From assembly GCF_009914755.1 (NCBI RefSeq), contig NC_060928.1: a stretch of DNA of 64,000 nt. The stretch is one strand, 5' to 3'. The position numbers were made by a program, and so were the translations under genes. Below the pieces are notes generated by a model. It was not told the origin of the DNA. It saw only the letters and a list, made by a program, of their open reading frames with translations, and did not search any database. The stretch's first letter is position 1, and every line of letters starts with the position of its first letter. This stretch comes from the human T2T-CHM13v2.0 reference genome, Homo sapiens. Shown piece by piece: positions 43,501 through 62,809 of this stretch.

Positions 43501-44137
43501 TCTCAACGTGTCTACCATATTAGAAATTGGGTTACCTTAGGAAAAGCAAAAGTAGAAAGAAGGAAAGATACAAATATGAAGCACCAGATGTATGTCAAAC
43601 ACACACTGGTAGATATATTCTCATACCTTCTATCCCATATTTTCACCTGCTATTTCATCCTTTAAAGTCTTGAAATATATGTCATTGTAGATATTTAATT
43701 TTTCAAAGGTACTAACTAGTAAGGTAAATTCAGGATGTATACACATGTCTCACCCAAGGTGTATGTCCTTTCTTCTAGATTCTGTTTTCTTCCTCTTGGC
43801 ACCTTCAGCCCATTGAAAAATGCTTGACATGTAATCAGTGCTCAATAAATATTTGGCAGATAGAAGAATAAATAACATTTATAAATTTAACTAGCACTTT
43901 CAAATAATCATCAAATTGTGCTTCACAATGAGTCTGAATAAATTATGTTTATCTAAAAACCAATGTCTAATGTGAGGATTAGCAAGTTACTTAAGAAGTT
44001 GTCTTTTAAAAATATATGATACCATTTTATTCACATAAAGGTAAACTATATGAGTCCACTAAAATGAGTACTGTTGATCTCTGAAGAGTCTAGAGATGAA
44101 ATTATTGAAGTCTAGGAACACATTAAATTTTGTATGA

Positions 44138-44438
<301 letters not shown>

Positions 44439-45109
44439 AATTTTGTATGAATTTTATACATTCTTCCAGGGAAATAACCTACAGATGTTATAAAATAATA
44501 ATTTCAAAAGTTCTTTGACCCCCAAATGATTAAGAAATACAGACCATATTATTTCTATATTCATTTCCCTCTACAATTATGTAATAATAAATGAATAAAG
44601 TACTCAGATATATATAGTGTTTATTTCTGAGCCCTAAAATTTCATGAAACTGTAATGGAAATTAAACCAGAGAAAATATAATTAAAACACTCAGTTTTAA
44701 ATCTGATGTAATCTACCAGTTCCAGCAATTTCTATCTTTATTAAGATAGCCAAATTAGACTGAACAGTTAGTTTTTATTGGTTTGTTTGTATGTTTGTTT
44801 TTGAAGGGGATGTGTAAGTGGAGGGGCTGGTGGTTTTTTGTTTTTTGGTTTTTATTTTCAGTTTCTGAGATCTTCCTGTTTGTAACAAGCTGACAAGTAT
44901 GAAAAAATAAATAAATACAAACTTTTGTTTCATCACTTTCAAGTCAATTTGAAGTGCTTATATTGTACATATTAATAAGCAGCTCCTGGCTTTGGTACTG
45001 CTTAGACCACATCTAGTAAGAATGTATACAAAAACTATGTATCTTGAAGAAAGCATACTTATAACAATGCCCTTGTCTACAAGTCCAGGTATGTCCAAAC
45101 CAGTATTAG

Positions 45110-45665
45110 ATATTTGAAAAATAAAGGAAAGCCATCTAAATTAGAAAGGAAGAAAAATTTTCTCTGTTTGTAGACAACATAATCTTATATAGCGAAAACC
45201 CTAAAGTTTCCATAAAAAATTCCTATAACTAATTAATAAACAAATTCAGTAAAGTTTCAGGATACAAAATCAACATCAAGTAACTATCTGAAAAAGAAAT
45301 TATTACAAATCACATTTATAATAGCTTAAGAAATAAAATAACTGGGAATACATTTACTCAGTGAAATGAAAGATCTGTACACAGAAAACTATAAAACCTA
45401 ATGAAAGAAATAGAAGACATAAATAAATGGAAAAATATCTTGTGTTCATGGATTGTAAAAATTCATACTGTTACAATGTCCATTCTACCCAAAGCAATCT
45501 ACAGATTCAATACAATCCCTACTAAGATCCTAATGCCATCTTTTTCAGAAACTGAGAAAAGCAATCTTAAAATTTTTATGAAACCACAGAAGATCCCAAA
45601 CAGCTAAAACAGTTTTGAGCAAAAAGAACAAAGCTTGAGTATCATACTACCTGATGTCAAAATAG
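45110..45665 (+). mobile_element. L1M ORF2 (RT region) fragment
   Basis: TCTCTGTTTGTAGACAACATAATC (decayed FADD); ORF 45401-45607 [11 protein letters not shown]...[13 protein letters not shown]. Confidence 0.85.
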
Positions 45666-47039
45666 TATTAAGTTTTCATATTCTGTTCATATGGTGATTA
45701 AATTTTAAAATAATCGCAAGCTATTTTAAATTGTTTGGGCAATCTTTTTTCACTTATGAAAGTATACTGCTCCCTACATACCATCTACAATCACTAAATA
45801 AAGTTGGAACATACAAAAACTAGTAAAACATATATTAAATCCAATAAAATAAAGAAATACATATTTAAGATAATAAAACAGTCATTTTTCCCCAGAAAAG
45901 TAAGCATGTCATTGAATTAGACTGATTTCTCTACGTTAGAAGAAAATTCATTCAAAGACAAAAAAAATGAAATATTAAGCATTAAAATTTGCCTTCCAGT
46001 AGCAACTATAAGTTAATTTTAAACAATCCCAGTAAAGTACAGCACACAAATAAATAAATAAATCATAAAAGAAAAGCTGCAGTTGAGATTTATTGAAAGT
46101 GAGTTCCAATATTGCATGAATTCCAAATTAGGCTTGACTTGGAATATTATGTTAGTTCCTAAGGGAAATCAATACTCTTTAGAAAATAAAAAAATATGTG
46201 TTTTCCTTTCCCTTTTTAACAAAAAACTGAACTCAAATATTTCTTTTAGAAGCTTAGAAGGCACACAATCCCAGAGTGACTTTAGATAGCTGTACAGAAA
46301 CAAAACACACAAAGAGGAAGGAAAGTTGCCAGAAGTTAACTATATTCCCACTTGAAAGGGAAAGAAAATGAACCTTTCCACTTTGTCTGGATTCCTGGAG
46401 GAGCTCAATTTGATCATTTTTCTCCTTCTCTAAAAGCAGAAGCATGTATTTTGAAGTTGTTATCATTGTCTATAAAAGGAACACATTTCAATCAACAGAA
46501 TAAGAAAAGAACACCACTTTACCAGTGAAATACATTTTGATGATCTTGAATGGTTTTGCCTTCCAATTCAAAAAAGTTTCAAGAGGAAATAACTTATATT
46601 TGCAAATTTAACAAAATTGCAAATGTATTTACATTGAAAGGGTCAGGAATTTAATAGCATTTCCAAGTGAACTCTGGGCAGGTGCGTACTTAATGTTACC
46701 CAAAGTTCCTGTCACACAATGGGCTGGTTTGCCACAACCATTACCATTTGCGTGGCATCAAGTTAAAATAAGCTTTCAAAAGCCTGGAAGGAGAACAAAG
46801 ACCCAAGAGGATCAGCTTCCAGTCTCAGGGGTCTTCCTAGATAGAACAAGAGAAAAGGTTTTCCATCACTGTGTGGTTGGAGTCACAGGAAGATGGGTAG
46901 CAAGAGGAACTGGGTCAAGTATTACCTGTGTGTTGATGAGTTTCAAATCAGTTTTAACCACAGCTAACCAAGATGCTCAGCTTCTCTTTCCTTCCTTCTT
47001 CCCTAGTCCAATTCACTGTGTATTCATTTTGTGAGGGAC

Positions 47040-47475
47040 TCTGTCAATTCTTAGAACCTTGCAATTGCAACGTCCTTTGCCATGTTTCCAAAAGCCGAAT
47101 CTGAATCCCTATTCTCTGGGCTTTTCCCAAAATCTCAGAGCTGCTGTGCCCATGTAGATTACAGGATGAAAATGCTGCAAAATTACACCCACCAGGGCGT
47201 GAATGGTGGGAGCTGGCATACAAATATCCCACTTCTTCCACTTATCAGTTAGGATAATTCTGAGGTATGCATTTCCACTGTTTCCACAATTTCCCTGAAG
47301 GATCAATCTCTTTTTATGTATGGTAGTGACAGGCTAAAAGCACCCTTTCTTGGTTTCTTTCAATCACTTTATCATTTGCTTATATGTATTTCCTTCCTAT
47401 CTCAAAAAAAAACCTATTTGAATATGAATCCTTATCTCAGGGTCTGCTTAAGGGAAAACCTAAACAAAGAGACTT
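47040..47475 (+). mobile_element. LTR16-like ERVL LTR
   Basis: GGATAATTCTGAGGTATGC...AATCCTTATCTCAGGGTCTGCTTAAGGGAAAACCTAAAC. Confidence 0.65.
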
Positions 47476-47575
47476 TAATTCTAAACACATTTACTGAGGA
47501 TCTACTATATTACTTTTGTTAAGGCATGTCCAAGTACAAGGACTGACTACTCAAATACATTCAAGGGTGGAACAG

Positions 47576-47934
47576 TGTATTAGTCTGTTCTCATACTGCT
47601 AATGAAGACATACCTGGAACTGGGTAATTTACGAAGGAAAGAGGTTTTATGGACCTACAGTTCCAGATGGCTGGGGAGGCCTCACAGTCACGGCAGAAGA
47701 TGAAGGAAGGAGCAAAGGGTGGTGGCAGGCAAGAGAGAGCATGTGCAGGGGATCTCCCCTTTATAAAATCATCAGATCTTGTGAGACTTATTCATTACAA
47801 CGAGAACAGCACGGGACAGACCTGCCTCTATGATTCAATCACCTCCCACTAGGTCCCTTCCGTGACACATGGGAATTATGGGAGCTACAATTCAAGATGA
47901 GATTTGGGTGGTGGACACAGCCAAACCCATATCA
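47576..47934 (-). mobile_element. THE1 (B/C-like) MaLR solo LTR
   Basis: TGTATTAGTCTGTTCTCATACTGCTAATGAAGACATACC...GGAGCTACAATTCAAGATGAGATTTGGGTG...CCATATCA. Confidence 0.93.
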
Positions 47935-48326
47935 TCAGGAAATAAATTTAAAAATGAGAACAGATGTACAACATATGCCCCATTTAAGACAGGGTTTCAC
48001 TATTAGGCTTCTGTCCATTTTTGCAATGCTGGAATGCCAGCCATTGCATATCAGTGTTCTGGCTTTTCAAGGAAAGCTGAAAAAATCTTGAAATTTGAAT
48101 ATTGTCAGTAATTCAAAAAGGATTCATTTTGCATATAATATTCTTCATGACAGCAAAACTTGTCTATGTACTGGACTTGACCCACAGAATGCTAGTTTGC
48201 AAACTGTACACTGGAGATTAAAAATGAATAATTCCGGGTTCATATATATTAAAGAAATTCGCAATTTACAAAGGGTAACAGACATGCAAGTAACTAGCTA
48301 TGAAGTTGATTAAAATGATAAAAGAC

Positions 48327-48402
48327 ATATATATAATCAAATAATAATTTCAGAAGAAGAAAGAGACACTCTGATTGGGAATGATGGAGAAGGAACATTG
48401 GA

Positions 48403-48433
<31 letters not shown>

Positions 48434-48500
48434 CAAATAATAATTTCAGAAGAAGAAAGAGACACTCTGATTGAGAATGATGGAGAAGTAACATTGGAAT
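48327..48500. repeat. 69-bp duplication separated by (AT)14
   Basis: 48336-48404 and 48432-48500 differ at 2 positions. Confidence 0.95.
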
Positions 48501-48979
48501 GAGTTCAGAATAGTAGTATATACCAAGAACAGCTTATAAGTGACTAGTTTCAGAAAGTATTGTTACAGAAAGCTCAAAATTAGAAAGCAAGACTCCACTC
48601 ATTATCCACAAGAGTGTCATGTCACAATCCTAATCTAATTTGGGGAATTATCACATGCTATATCTGCCCCTAGGAGGCTCACAATGCACATTGGTGTGTT
48701 TAAAAACTCTGATAAGTCCCATAGGAGAGAATCATGGTTGCCTCTGTTTCCCCTGGCATTTTTTCACTGCTTTCAGAATCTTTCAATTCTATGTGGACAG
48801 TGTCAAGAACATTCTGAGAAATGATGTTGTAGGGATATCTCTGACTTTAAGGTAAGCACTGAAAAAAGGAGGAATGTACTAATTTATCTACTCAAGTGTA
48901 ACCTAAAATAATTAATATATTCAGAGAACTTTATAAACCCTCAAATCTAAAAAGTTGGTGTATTACTCATGGTTTTCCA

Positions 48980-49865
<886 letters not shown>

Positions 49866-51082
49866 GTCTGAATGCCATTATGCTTAAAACTACCCTGATT
49901 TCTCTCACCCACACAGTGTTCCTCAACCTCCTGTAATAGCATATGAGAATGGGCTCTTGTGAGAATGGCCTCCTCCAATGGCATGTGAGAATGGCCTCTT
50001 GGGAATAAAACAGCCAATATCCCAAGACTCTGAAGCCCTTAGACATGGGTGGGCAGTAGAAAAGGAAAGTCCTCTCTCCAAAGGTCCCCTCTGAAAAAAA
50101 CACTTCAATGCCAGCACTGACAAGAAGAGTTGGCTAGACTTTGAGACTTAAATCAATTCCCTAGCAAATTCATGTGCCAGAAGATATATCAATGCCTGAA
50201 TAAAACCAAATTACTACTTGGGCCCTAAAGCAGAAATAATCTTCAGAAATCTTCTAATAATTAGGGTTCTAAAAATCAGCGACAGGTTTACCTATTACTA
50301 TGAAAACAAGCATCCTCAAGTTTACAAGATCACAGCGAGCCTGGAGGAATATATTTGAAGGCAAGGAAGCCCCCATATCATGACCATAGTGACTCCTATT
50401 ATTATAGACTTCCCATTTGACTGGACAGTTAACAGTTCAAAATTTCAGATATGATATTGTCCTATGAGGAAATCAGTCTCCTAAGTGAACATCTCTATTG
50501 GTCTTCTCCAGAAGCAAAGCAGACAATACTTTGTTCTCATGGGCATAATTTTATATTTTTGATTTTAGATATTTTATATAATACTTACATGTACATATTA
50601 TGTATACAATTAATTTATGTATATATAATTATATTAATTTTACATATATCAATGATTCTGGGTTTTAGCATGTGCTTTTCGACTATCACGTTTCTTCCAG
50701 ACATTCAATGTGACGGATCAGTTAAATGCTTGCTATCAGTTTTGCACAAAGCATTGCCTCTAAGAGCTCATTTCCCTGTTAAATAGGTTATCTAAAGTTA
50801 ATCTATCTAAAGTCATGTTCATTTGATATTCCAGAGGTGAGTTTATATAAGGGGAACAATTTAAGAGCTGCTTGCTGAACCTAGTCTTATCCCTTTGTGT
50901 TCTGGAAGAAAAGGATCTCTATGAAAACCTCATTTTTCCATTCTACGACTTTTGACCATTGGTGATATCTAACAACCATCAATTAGGCAATACACAATAG
51001 TGTAGGAAAAGGAAAAATGATAAAGCAAAATAGATTTTAAATAACATACACTTGTGGGATAAAGACTATATTTCCAAAAATT

Positions 51083-51172
51083 TTTATGAGGCTATATGTG
51101 GACTAAGAAATTATTTATGAGGCTATAGCTGAACTAAGAAATTGTTTATGAGGCTATAGTTGGACTAAGAAA
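51083..51172. repeat. 31-bp minisatellite x3
   Basis: TTTATGAGGCTATA(TG/GC/GT)TG(G/A)ACTAAGAAATT(A/G) at 51083, 51114 and 51145. Confidence 0.93.
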
Positions 51173-51658
51173 AAAAGAGAAGATGCAAATAAAATCAGAG
51201 ACACATTTCCTTTTTCACTACATGTTTCATGTATGTTCCCCTTGCCTTCAGTCAATCTCAGCATCACTGGGGTCTTTGCCTACCAGGCCATTCCAAACCT
51301 TCATTTCTAAGTTAGTATTTTAAAAGGAGTAATTTCAAATCTGGCCCCGTTTGAATATCCTTCTCATCTGCTGAAGCACTTTGTCCTTCCAATTAGCCTT
51401 TTCCGTTTCTGCACCAACATTTTTCTCCTCCAAACCCACCACTCTGCCCAACTCATCTTTCAGTGAATTATTTCTATCAGTGTGGTAAATATCTTCAAAT
51501 TTTTCCACCTTAAAAATATAAACCTACTTGTTTCCTCATACATTCCTGCCCACAGAACCTTTGCACATGTCCTATGTATCAAAACTCCTCAGAAAAACAG
51601 TCTACACTGGCTGTTTCATCCTCCCTTGTACCTGTTACCATAAGGCTTACACAACATA

Positions 51659-52080
51659 GTGATGGCTAACTTTATGTCTTAATTTGACTGGGCCAAGGGG
51701 TGCTCAGCTTAAACATTGCTTCTTGGTGTGTCTCTGAGGGTGTTTCCAGATGATACCAGCATTTGAATCCCTAAACCAGATTATTCTTCCCAATGTAAGT
51801 TGTCATTATGTAATCCATTGAAGGCATGATTGGAACAAAAAGGAAGTGGAAAGTGAAATTTGCCTGTTTTGCTTCCAGGCTGCCTGTTTGAGCTGAGATG
51901 TTGGTCTTCTCCTTCCCTTGGACTGGAATTTACACCATCATCTTCCCTGTTTCTTTGGCCTTTGGTCTCATACTTGAATTACCACCAGTTTTTCTGGGTA
52001 TATATGTATGTGTGTATGTGTGTGTGTGTGTGTGTGTGTGCCCTATTGGTTTTATTTTTTTGGAGAACTCTGATGCAAAT
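51659..52080 (+). mobile_element. MLT2 (HERV-L) solo LTR with (TG)n
   Basis: GTGATGGCTAACTTTATGTC...TGACTGGGCCAAGGGGTGC...GAGGGTGTTTCCAGATGA...(TG)n CCCTATTGGTT...TGGAGAACTCTGA. Confidence 0.85.
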
Positions 52081-53469
52081 GTCATATAGATTGTTAGTGG
52101 TTAGACTAAATTAGAAGACAGTTCTTCAGATTCCCATTGCCTAGCACTCCTTCCATACCGGGTTACAAGCAAATGTCATTTTATATCTGATATTAAATTT
52201 TGTATTGTATTAACTGAAATATTGTTTTCATAGTCATTGGGAGTAGGGCGCATATGGAGGGTTTGAAATAGTAATTTCATTTTGACTCTAAAGCAAAACA
52301 TGTGTGTTGATACACCCAGTATAGAGCACGTTCTACATTGTCTGTTTGTGATTTGTGGGTTCTGGGCATTTTATCACAGCTAAGAAGTGTTGGACTTGAT
52401 GAGAGATCATGAGATCAAGAGAAGGGAAAAGAGGAGATGAACATTCTTCACTAAGGAGAGGCTCAGAGTAATTTCATTTTGCATAAAAGTGGAAAATATG
52501 TGCATAAAAGATATCACATTTTTCAAATATTATTTTTCATAGGTCTTTATGATTTGTAATGGGTATAACTGGATCTTTTTTTACTCTTTTTGTATATTAT
52601 ATGCAAAGTTTTCTAATGTTCATTCTTATGAAAATTTGATCAGAAATATTTCCTCCAAAATAAAGTAGGAATAAATATGACATATTGAAAGTTTTTCTTT
52701 CGTCTCTGAAAAGTAATCATCTATCATCATACTCGAGATCTGCTGCATAAGATCAGATGCATATTCACCTCCCATTAGAAGTAAAATGGCTCCACTGTAA
52801 ACTTACATTAAAATAAAAAAAAAAAACTTTCATTGAGATGTAAATATTTTATGACCAATGGCATACAGATACAAAATCATGTAGTAAGTAATCCTGATGA
52901 ATGGCATTCCAGTTCCATCCCGACTTTACAAATGATGGAATTAAGATTCAGAGAGTTTAAGGGATTTGCTCAATGCTATCCTGGTGCTTAGTGGCTTCCT
53001 GAATCCCAGTACTCCCATTTTTCCATCAAATCAGTATGAACCTAGACTCAATAAACGTTTTGTTTTAAAAAATTGAGGCACCTTCCTGAAAGAGGTGAGT
53101 TGGGCTTTGGAGCAAACAAATTTTTGTAGACTTGTCTTCTTGTTACTGAACATGGATGATGTCAGAAGTCATTTTCAATGACTTTAAAATCATAGGATGG
53201 AGAATGTTATTATTTAATCAACAAGTATTATTTAGCTGCCTCTGTTTACCAGGCACTGTTTAAAAGGCACTGGGATTCTGACAATAAATTTATAAAAAAT
53301 CTTTAATGATTTACTCCCTCACTTTGTGGAGTTTGAAATTTGGAATAAAATATAAATAACATAGTATTCAAATCCAGAACTTTTAAAAGCTCTTCCGTGG
53401 TGTATACACAGTATTACTCTTCTTGCTGATTTTTTTTGTAAATAAAGAATCTATTTTAGCGAAAGTGAT

Positions 53470-54460
53470 TAATGTTTATTTTGAAAATATTAGTCAATAC
53501 AGAAAGATACAAAGTACAAAAAAAACACTAAAAATCCCAGTACCTGGAAATAATTAGACAATATTTGATTTTGTAATTCCATATGGATGTATAAACAGGA
53601 ACTATTTTTATGAAAATTGAAATATATATTTTTTCTTTTTTACATTCTAAAAATTTTTTCTTGAAATATAGCATACACATAGAAAAGTGTGAAAATTCCA
53701 AAGGCACAGCTTGATGAATTTTTACAACTTAAACACACTCAACAACATCATCTAGCTCAAAAAATAGAATCCCAGAAATCGTATGACTTCTACCACATCA
53801 ATTTTTCTTGCCAATTTCAAAACTTTAGATAACTGGAATTATACAATATGTACTTCTTTGTACCCAACTTGGTCTTCAACATTATGCATGTGAGATTCTT
53901 CATTGTTGTTGCACATAGAAAGATTTTGTTCATCATCATCACTGTATTCTGTTGAATGCATGCAGCACAATTTATTTGGGTGGTTTCCAGTTCAATGTTA
54001 TCACAAATATAGCTGCCAAACACATTTTCCTTTATGTCTTTCAGTAGATCTGTATTTCTGTTGGAGATCTACATATGCATCTATATTCATATCCACATCC
54101 ATATCTCTAGTTAGATATGCCTACATACAAGCATATATTTTCTGGGTCATAATGTATGATTATATTCAGCTTTAGAAGATAATACCAAACAGCTTTAGAA
54201 ACAGTTCGTAAAATATCCATTACTACTGGCAATGTATAAGAGTTCTTGTTACTCTATATTCTGGTGAAACTTTATTATTGCTATTCTTTTAAGTTGTAGC
54301 CATTTGGATGAGTTTGTAGTGATATCACATTGTGGTTTTAATTTTATAATGACTGATTAAATTGAACACCTTTTACTAAATTTTTTGAAAGATATACTCT
54401 TTAGTAAACCACCTATTCCAATCCTTTATTTCTTTCTGTTGGATTGATCGTCTTTTTTCT
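53470..54460 (-). mobile_element. Ancient L1M(C/E) 3' fragment(s)
   Basis: CACAGCTTGATGAATTTTTACAA; CAACATTATGCATGTGAGATTCTTCATTGTTGTTGCA; TATCACATTGTGGTTTTAATTT. Confidence 0.7.
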
Positions 54461-54721
54461 TAAGATCATATTCAGTAGATGGATAAAATGAGATCTTTGT
54501 TCTACAAGGTTATGTGGAAAGAACTGCAAAAGACAAACATTGTAATCCCGATTTTAGTCTCTAGTTTCAACTCAATGAGGAAGCGATGCTAAATCTTAAT
54601 TGACGTAGTTGAATTATCCCCATGTTAAGAGGATCTTAATTCTCCTCTTACTGTTCGAGTTGCTTTGATTGGCCTAGAAATCCCTGCTCTTTTTTTCTGG
54701 CTCTTTTGTTACTAGCGTGGG

Positions 54722-54849
54722 CAGGCACCTAGTTTGCCTAAGACACTCCCAGTTTACATCTATGGTCTTGCTTGGTGCAATTATTAATATCTCCCCCTTT
54801 TGCTATCAAGAATGTCCTGGTTTACGGATGATTGTATGATCATTCTACT
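54722..54849 (-). mobile_element. MER94-like hAT-Blackjack MITE
   Basis: GTTTGCCTAAGACACTCCCAGTTTAC...AATTATTAATATCTCCCCCTTTT...GTCCTGGTTT...TATGATCATTCT. Confidence 0.65.
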
Positions 54850-54900
54850 AATTATGTATAGGTTTTTGTTTTGTCAGTTTATCCCAAGAATGATACCTGA

Positions 54901-55241
<341 letters not shown>

Positions 55242-55774
55242 GCATGTACTAATTCTGATCTCAAGAGTCAGGGTTCTCTCCAGTGCATCCACCCAAAATT
55301 GTTATGGCACAGATTTCCTCGTTTTACCACTGAAATAATCACATTATAGTCATCAAGTGTCTGGAAGCACTCCAATGAAGAAGGGAGAATGACCAGCTCT
55401 AATCTGAACATTGCTCAGTTTATCTTGTAGATGGACTCAGTTAATCTAACCCAAAATATATTATCCAGTAAACCTGTAACATTATTAAACCCTTACAAAT
55501 AAAACACTTTTCTCTAACCTAGTAATATAAGTCCAATGTCTGATCAATGGTATCTATGTCTGTATGTTAACCCTTTTCAGATTTAGCTTGCATCAGGATA
55601 CAAATTACACCGTCCAAAATCAGTTCTAAGAAAAACCTGTGACCAATAAAATATTGTTGGAACCAGACAGAGATGGGGCAGGGAGTAGGAAGAATGTTCC
55701 TTAGAGTTGAGGACAAGAGACATTGTTGTGACCTCTCCTGACTGGGATCGTCTTTAGTGTATATGGTGTACTTT

Positions 55775-56400
55775 ATCCAGCCATCATTCATTCAACATAC
55801 ACTTTGGGGAAAAGAATTACCCTGTTCTATGTATTAGGCTAAGCACATGAGAATCAAAAGGATGAATAATACATGCACTTTATTTTCAGTGAGTTTACAA
55901 TCCAAGAGGTCAAAAACAGATATTTTAAAATTATGGTAATACATTGTGATAAATGTTATAGTAGGTATAAGTGTCAGGTAACTTGGGGATGCAAAAAAGT
56001 GATGTGGTTTCTACTGGAATTAAACAGAAAAGCCTTTACATAATAGCTAGTTGTTGATTTGGGTCCTTAAAAATGAGTAGAAATGTAGTAGGCAGACAAA
56101 GCAAGAAATGAAACACCAAGCAGAAGATACAATATACTCAAGACAAACAAATATTCAATAGAATAACATGGTTTGGAAATATCAGTAGTCTACTATAGCC
56201 AGGATTAAGGGTGCATGTAGGAAATAATTTTAAAAAATTAGGCTGAAGAATTAAGAACCAAATCATTGACTGCCTAGTACATCATGCTAAATAAAGGCCT
56301 TCAAGCTCATACTGTAGTTATTAAGATTAGTTTAATCTGAGGAGTGCCATGAACAGATTATGTATGTCATAATACAATGCCATATTTTATTTTAAATTAC
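55775..56400 (-). mobile_element. L2 fragment
   Basis: CATTCATTCAACA...GTATTAGGCT...GAGTTTACAATCCAAG. Confidence 0.65.
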
Positions 56401-57622
56401 ATTCTTTCTCCTTACTGCTGTGAGACACATAATAAATTTGAGGCATCTCCCTGAAAGTCCTAGTGTAAGCATAAGAGAGAACAAAGACTGTGGTGAGTAA
56501 ATAACCTTGCCCCGCCCTACACATTGGTGCAGATGTAATCAGTAACTTACTTCCATCTCAAACCTGTTCCATTTGAAAATGCTGGAGGGTGGTGAATGTG
56601 TAAGTGGGCGAGATAACTTACTCACTAGAAAATCCTGCCTAAAAAAAACAATCAAAGAATTTAAAAACCCAGGGCTAGAAGTCAGAAGATGAGAATTCCA
56701 GACACAGCTCTGAAGATGGCCCTTCTCCATTTACAAAATGAGGGAGGGGTCTACATGAGTTTAGTGTGTATTGCTGCTCTAAACAATTTTACCCTTCCTA
56801 GACCTTTTGGTGGGGGATGGATAAACAGTGGCAGCAGTTGGTAAGATCTCAGGGATTAGAAGTAAATGCCAGATACCAGACCAGGGACTGGGTCTTCAAC
56901 GTGGTCTCGCGGATGCACAAACACAAAACAGTGGAGGAAATATTACCTTTCCCACAATTCATGAAGGTCTACTTTACATTGAGGCTGATACATTTAACCA
57001 CTAACTCAGAGTATTAGATATTTTAAAATTAGAGATGTTGTAAAATTAGGGTCAGCTTTCAAACTGAAGGGAATCTGGGGACAGCACAAGCTTCTCAATG
57101 TGCAAGGCGGGAAGCTGAAAGGAGCAAAGGGATCTTCCTGTGGTCATACAGCTGGTAAGGCAAATGCAGGATCAGAACCCAGAGCTCCACACTCACAATC
57201 CAGGACATGTGCATACTCATCTCTAGGCTTCCTCATGAATACCAAAAAGTAACTATCCAGGATCTTAAGGTTGCCTTCTCTTCAGAATGTCATCTACAAC
57301 AGCAGGCATGGAAGCATATTAAAAGCAGAGGCAAGGAAGTCTGTGAAAAGCTGAGATGATTAAAGAAAACCAACCTGTGTCAAGACATGCTATGCTGAGC
57401 CGTGTGCTTTAGGTGGACCAGTACTTGAATCTTCACAACAAGTCAGTGGCTAGAAGGGGGATGGAAGGAGCATTTCTATGCCTAATTTTCTCTCTTCACC
57501 CTCAGAATAACTATAGTTGTTAACAATTATTGAGCAATCACTACTTGTCAGGCAGTGCGGTGACATTTATAATCTCCAATCCTAAGGTACAGAAACAAGC
57601 AGGTAAAAGTTAAATAACTTCC

Positions 57623-58032
57623 TATACTAGTTTCCTTAGCATACTAAATTCCTAATTCCTTGACACAACTAAGTACCAAAAACTGAGTGGATTAAAGCAA
57701 CAGACATTCATTGTTTCTCAATTCTGAAGGCTGAAAGCCTGAAACTCAGATGTCTGCAGGGCAGTACTCTTCCTTGTGTTTTCCAGCTGCTGATATGTGC
57801 CAGCAATACACATATCGGCTCCCTTGGCTTGCAGACGCTTCACTCCAGTCACATGGCTGCCTTCTTTGTGTGTGTCTTCACATCTTTTTCCTCTGTGCAT
57901 ATTTGTCTCTGTGTCCAAAATTCACCTTACTGATAGACACCTGTCATATTGGATTAGGGCTCACACTAATTACTTCATTTTAAATTAGTTACTTCTATAA
58001 AGACCCTAAACTCAAATGAAGTCACATTCTGC
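57623..58032 (-). mobile_element. MLT1B/C-like MaLR solo LTR
   Basis: TTAAAGCAACAGACATTCATT...CTCCCTTGGCTTGCAGAC...GTCATATTGGATTAGGGC...GTCACATTCTG. Confidence 0.8.
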
Positions 58033-58344
58033 TAACTTCTTTGGTGAGAATCCTTTCGTGCAATCCTTACCACTAGCCTAAGTATATAAAGCTACTCAGT
58101 ATAAGATCGATAATGTAATCCAATCTGTCTCACTTGGAAAGATGCTTTAAAACTATAACATTTGGAATGCTCATGATTATTTTAACAAGTTACACTAGAA
58201 ATCTGGAAGGGAAGGGGGAGGACTGATTCTTTGGTCCACAGTTCTCACTCATTCCAGATTTCCTCGATCCCAAAGACTTTTTCTTACATTTCTCATGTTT
58301 CCTAACTAAAGGGAGATGCAAAATGCTGTTTCTCAATATCTAGG

Positions 58345-62807
<4,463 letters not shown>

Positions 62808-62809
<2 letters not shown>

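Noticed and set aside
51083-51172. CRISPR-like array
   Set aside because: Head-to-tail repeats without unique spacers, in eukaryotic DNA
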